Shown here: positions 61,012 through 64,000 of the stretch, piece after piece | Numbering within the stretch: the stretch's first letter is position 1 | Layout of the letters: every line of letters begins with the position of its first letter | IMG/VR virus record: IMGVR_UViG_2606217775_000001 | Coordinates: 5,964-69,963 of that record | Source of the DNA: a virus | Lineage: Duplodnaviria > Caudoviricetes | Strand: one strand, 5' to 3' | DNA length: 64,000 nt | Program-made: the position numbers and the translations under genes | The notes under the pieces: generated by a model | Told to the model about the DNA's origin: nothing | Database searches by the model: none | The model's input: only the letters and a program-made list of their open reading frames with translations

Positions 61012-61042
61012 AGCCCGCGCGGTTCGCCGGCGCGGGCTTTTT
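61012..61042 (+). terminator. Terminator-like hairpin
   Basis: AGCCCGCGC / GCGCGGGCT stem followed by TTTT. Confidence 0.6.
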
Positions 61043-61158
61043 CGTGCCCGTCCGTCAGCGCGGCTTCAGAGCCGGTGACTTCGGTTCTTCAACGGGCCGC
61101 TCCAGCCTTCAGCTAACCCGGTGCTCACGAAGTGCGACAGTGGGCTGTAGCATTGCAA

Positions 61159-61815
61159 TCATGGGCGCACCTTGTCCCTGCCGCAAAACCACATCCTCCG
61201 CAGTCCATTTTCCCAATTTTTTTTATTCTGAACAACCCAGTCGTATCTATGCATGCCAGAATTGCATCTATTATCACGGAGTCGGTGATAGTTAATGTTA
61301 TTGCCTTTAAAAAACTGCTCAACCATATCGGCTGACGGCCTGGAACCTATCCCGACTATAGATTGATCGTATCCGTCTTTGTTTTCTTCGATTTTTATCT
61401 CAAAATGTGGATCATCACTATCGCAGACCTCAGTTTCCAATACGAGATATTTGCAAATCTCGAAACACCCGGCCAGCGAAGTCTGCCAGTCATTAAGATG
61501 ATACAGAACGCCAAAATGGATAATTAGATCAAAATGACCGATATCCCTATCGAAAACAAGTCCGTTTTCCAGATTGCACAATACTACTTTATTTGATCCG
61601 AGCATAGGCAACCTATTTCGAATAGCCTCCACGTGCTCGGGACGCCCTTCAGAAAGGGTTACATCGGCCCCCAGGGCCCAAAGAGCGGCCCCAATATCTC
61701 CGTACCCACAACCAAGTTCCAAGATACGCTTGCCTCTGAACCATCCTTCGCCATAGTATTCGACAAGGGCGGCAATCCTCTTAATCCTCCACTCGACATA
61801 ATGACCATCGAACAT
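61159..61815 (-). CDS. Class I SAM-dependent methyltransferase (non-DNA type), AT-rich moron
   Basis: ILELGCGYG motif I; FDLIIHFGVLYHL; low GC. Confidence 0.85.
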   Translation of the reverse strand: MFDGHYVEWRIKRIAALVEYYGEGWFRGKRILELGCGYGDIGAALWALGADVTLSEGRPEHVEAIRNRLPMLGSNKVVLCNLENGLVFDRDIGHFDLIIHFGVLYHLNDWQTSLAGCFEICKYLVLETEVCDSDDPHFEIKIEENKDGYDQSIVGIGSRPSADMVEQFFKGNNINYHRLRDNRCNSGMHRYDWVVQNKKNWENGLRRMWFCGRDKVRP

Positions 61816-62017
61816 CTACATCTCCGGCTGTGCAAGTTGCTAAAAACTAGGCTTATTATACTTATGCTATCGAGTGTTTTTATGCTGGCAGAATTGCAGC
61901 ACTGCCGTAGCCAGTGTTAGCCTAGAACCGAGGTTGGCTCCAGAGCCCACGCATGTGAAAAAGGGCTGTAGCGAGTTTGCGGTGTTGTGCAGCGAAATCG
62001 TCGTGCATCCTCTCCCC

Positions 62018-62248
62018 TTATCCTCGCCCTTCCAACGCGTCCGTCAGCGCCCGTGCGCAAATCCTAGCAGCCTCAACGCCTTCCTCTGGCGACAACCGCC
62101 TGGTCTGAAGCCTTCGCTCTCGCTCTGCGCAGATGTAGAAATAGGCGCAGGCCTTCCCGTTGGCGTCCACCACCTTGATCGCTTCCTCCAGGCGTTCGAT
62201 GCGTAGCGGGAGGGAGAGGCCGAATGGGTTGGCCGGCTGCTCAGCCAT
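62018..62248 (-). CDS. Hypothetical protein
   Basis: LPLRIE...KVVDANGKACAYFY...LSPEE motif. Confidence 0.65.
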   Translation of the reverse strand: MAEQPANPFGLSLPLRIERLEEAIKVVDANGKACAYFYICAERERRLQTRRLSPEEGVEAARICARALTDALEGRG

Positions 62249-62423
62249 CGGAACCCTCGACGAGTCCGCGGCTCGCGGCGAGGCGCCACAGATCCGCATC
62301 CGTGAAGACCAGGTCGCCGATCTGCCAGCGTTCGAGCTTGTCGCCGATTGGCGCAACCGCGACGCCGGCGGCTCGTAGCGCGGCGACCGCCTCTATGATC
62401 GGGTCGGCCTCGTCGTCCCGCAT
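62241..62423 (-). CDS. Hypothetical protein
   Basis: Short coupled ORF. Confidence 0.6.
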   Translation of the reverse strand: MRDDEADPIIEAVAALRAAGVAVAPIGDKLERWQIGDLVFTDADLWRLAASRGLVEGSDG

Positions 62424-62426
62424 CTG

Positions 62427-62933
62427 TCAGCCGATCAATCCGAACTTCGGGTCCCAATCCGATGGCTTGATCTTCGGGATATAATCGGGGAAGCGCTGCG
62501 AGCACGCCAACAGGAAGTACCCGAGGGCATTGTCCACGAAGACCTGCTCATCGCCTACGGTCACAAGAAGGCCCGAACCATCCCAGCGCCCCTGGTCAGC
62601 ACCAGCGCCCTCCACATCAGCGGCGAACGCCTGGACATATCTCTCGTCGCCGGGTTTGAACGGCACACCGAAGTCCCTGCCGCAGTGCTTGGTCCCGTTC
62701 GCCATCCCATCAATCGCATCATAATAGGAGGGCAGGTCCGAACGCAGCACCTTGCGGATGCGCTTCAGCTCGGCCTCGGGCTTGATGGCTGGCGGAGCGG
62801 TGCGCGACAGATAGTCGGGGATGTGAAAGGCGGCGATCGCGGAAAGGTAAGCCAGCCGTCGGTCACCGGTATTCTGCATGAACTCCCGCACCGTGGGCAT
62901 GACGACCACCTGAACGTATTCGGCTGGCGTCAC
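62427..62933 (-). CDS. Hypothetical protein (possible HEPN-like)
   Basis: Helical; AFH and ANGTKH motifs loosely resemble HEPN Rx4H-like variants; uncertain. Confidence 0.65.
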   Translation of the reverse strand: MTPAEYVQVVVMPTVREFMQNTGDRRLAYLSAIAAFHIPDYLSRTAPPAIKPEAELKRIRKVLRSDLPSYYDAIDGMANGTKHCGRDFGVPFKPGDERYVQAFAADVEGAGADQGRWDGSGLLVTVGDEQVFVDNALGYFLLACSQRFPDYIPKIKPSDWDPKFGLIG

Positions 62934-62946
62934 AGCACTGTCTCCG

Positions 62947-63207
62947 TCATCCCTTCACCGGGTGCGCCAGCAGGATCGCGGTCCGGACCATGTTGCGCTT
63001 CCACGCCGGCTTGTCGGTGGTGAGCGCTTCGGCCGCGCGCGTGTTCGTCCGGAGCGTCTCGACGAGGTCGAGGGTCCAGCCCTTCGCGAGCGGGTAGGCC
63101 TCGGTCGCCAGATCCGCGAGAACAGCGTCGACCGCAGCGTCGATCTCCTGGTCGGTGATCTCGGCGGCCTTGCGCAGCTCGGAGACGGTCGCGGGGTCTT
63201 TGGCCAT
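62947..63207 (-). CDS. Hypothetical protein
   Basis: 86 aa, good codon usage; divergent from parA. Confidence 0.7.
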   Translation of the reverse strand: MAKDPATVSELRKAAEITDQEIDAAVDAVLADLATEAYPLAKGWTLDLVETLRTNTRAAEALTTDKPAWKRNMVRTAILLAHPVKG

Positions 63208-63293
63208 CGCCGACAGCTATCTCAGACGCATCTCAGCGTCCACGCAGCCCTATCGCCGCTGCGTACACGAACGCTTAAGGTCTGAAGATGAAC

Positions 63294-63337
63294 CTACGTG
63301 TAGGCAGGCCGACAGGCCGACGAACGGACGTGCCGAC
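63294..63337 (+). repeat. 4-bp-periodic array upstream of parA (centromere/operator-like)
   Basis: CTAC GTGT AGGC AGGC CGAC AGGC CGAC GAAC GGAC GTGC CGAC, ending at the ATG. Confidence 0.7.
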
Positions 63338-64000
63338 ATGCGGACAATCTCTGTGGTGAGCCAGAAGGGCGGTGCCGGCAAGACGACGATCGCCGTCCAC
63401 CTCGCGGTCGCAGCACAGGCCGCGGGCTTGAGCGTGGCGATCATCGACATGGATCCACAGGCGAGCGCTGCCCGCTGGTCCGACGATCGCACGGCCGAGG
63501 AGCCCGAGGTCGTGTCGATCCAGCCGGCCCGGCTGGCCAAGACGTTGGACACGGCGCGGGCCGCCGGCGCTGACCTGGTGGTGATCGACACGGCGCCGAA
63601 CGCCGACGGCGCAGCGCTCACCGCGATCCGCGCCTCCGACCTCGTGCTGATCCCGTGCCGCCCGTCGGCCTTCGACCTCGCGGCGATCGCCACCACACGC
63701 GAGCTCGTCCGGATCGAGAAGAGGGCGGCCTACATCGTCCTGTCGGCCGCACCGGTCCGTAGCGCGCTCGTCGCCGAGGCCAGCGCCGGCCTCACGGAAG
63801 AAGGCGCCCAGATTGCACCGGTGGTGCTGCACAACCGGATCGCCTTCTCCCACGCCGTCATCGATGGCCGCACCGCCACGGAATACGAGCCGGGCGGCAA
63901 GGCGGCCGAGGAAGCGCGTGCGCTGATGCTTTGGGCCTGTAGGCATGTCGGCCTGTCGCCAGATAGACAGGCCGACACGACGACACTGGCGGCGGAGTGA
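63338..64000 (+). CDS. parA: ParA-family partition ATPase (short, type Ib-like)
   Basis: QKGGAGKTT deviant Walker A, IDMDPQ, VVIDTAP and DLVLIPCRPS..DL; 220 aa with no N-terminal HTH. Confidence 0.95.
   Translation: MRTISVVSQKGGAGKTTIAVHLAVAAQAAGLSVAIIDMDPQASAARWSDDRTAEEPEVVSIQPARLAKTLDTARAAGADLVVIDTAPNADGAALTAIRASDLVLIPCRPSAFDLAAIATTRELVRIEKRAAYIVLSAAPVRSALVAEASAGLTEEGAQIAPVVLHNRIAFSHAVIDGRTATEYEPGGKAAEEARALMLWACRHVGLSPDRQADTTTLAAE
63935..63986. repeat. Second 4-bp-periodic array at the parA 3' end
   Basis: GTCGGCCTGTCG is the reverse complement of upstream CGACAGGCCGAC; ACAGGCCGAC also recurs in direct orientation. Confidence 0.65.

Larger units (their letters stand above)
1..64000. mobile_element. 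Temperate phage genome (prophage or phage-plasmid): lambda-like head, Mu-like contractile tail
   Basis: Continuous lambdoid gene order: early-left operon, cI/cro, replication, cos/terminase, head, tail, lysis, accessory genes, parA. No host housekeeping genes or att sites recognised, so the boundaries may lie outside the window. Confidence 0.95.

Overview
The whole 64 kb window reads as one temperate myovirus-type phage genome from a high-GC alphaproteobacterium. Methylobacterium/Methylorubrum is an inference from GC content and the MucR- and GcrA-like genes. Layout: (i) a translationally coupled leftward early operon (1-10.1 kb: MmcB-like nuclease, ASCH-like protein, C5 DNA methyltransferase with seven internal repeats, tandem DnaA-domain-IV protein, GcrA C-terminal-only protein, HNH); (ii) a lambdoid immunity region (cI/cro, six TCCCC-N5-GGGGA-type operators, matched PL/PR promoters, and a LexA-box-controlled gene); (iii) a rightward early/replication operon (CII-like HTH, TAXI-type solute-binding protein, HTH-MT-A70 fusion, O-like initiator with internal iterons, MucR) followed by an AT-rich AIPR-family gene; (iv) putative late regulators behind a second LexA box, a long non-coding leader, about 12 small ORFs, and a serine recombinase with a palindromic res-like site; (v) a lambda-like cos and head module joined to a Mu-like contractile tail, two fibre modules, and a lysis cassette containing an RlpA-like transglycosylase; (vi) right-arm accessory genes ending in a short parA flanked by 4-bp-periodic centromere-like arrays. 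No tyrosine integrase, protelomerase, tRNA, rRNA or CRISPR array was found. The leading hypothesis is a phage-plasmid lifestyle (ParA plus centromere-like arrays, resolvase plus res site, iteron origin) with SOS wiring and host cell-cycle mimic proteins. All product calls come from motif recognition by eye, with no database search. Start codons were refined by RBS and overlap logic and may differ from the supplied ORF track.
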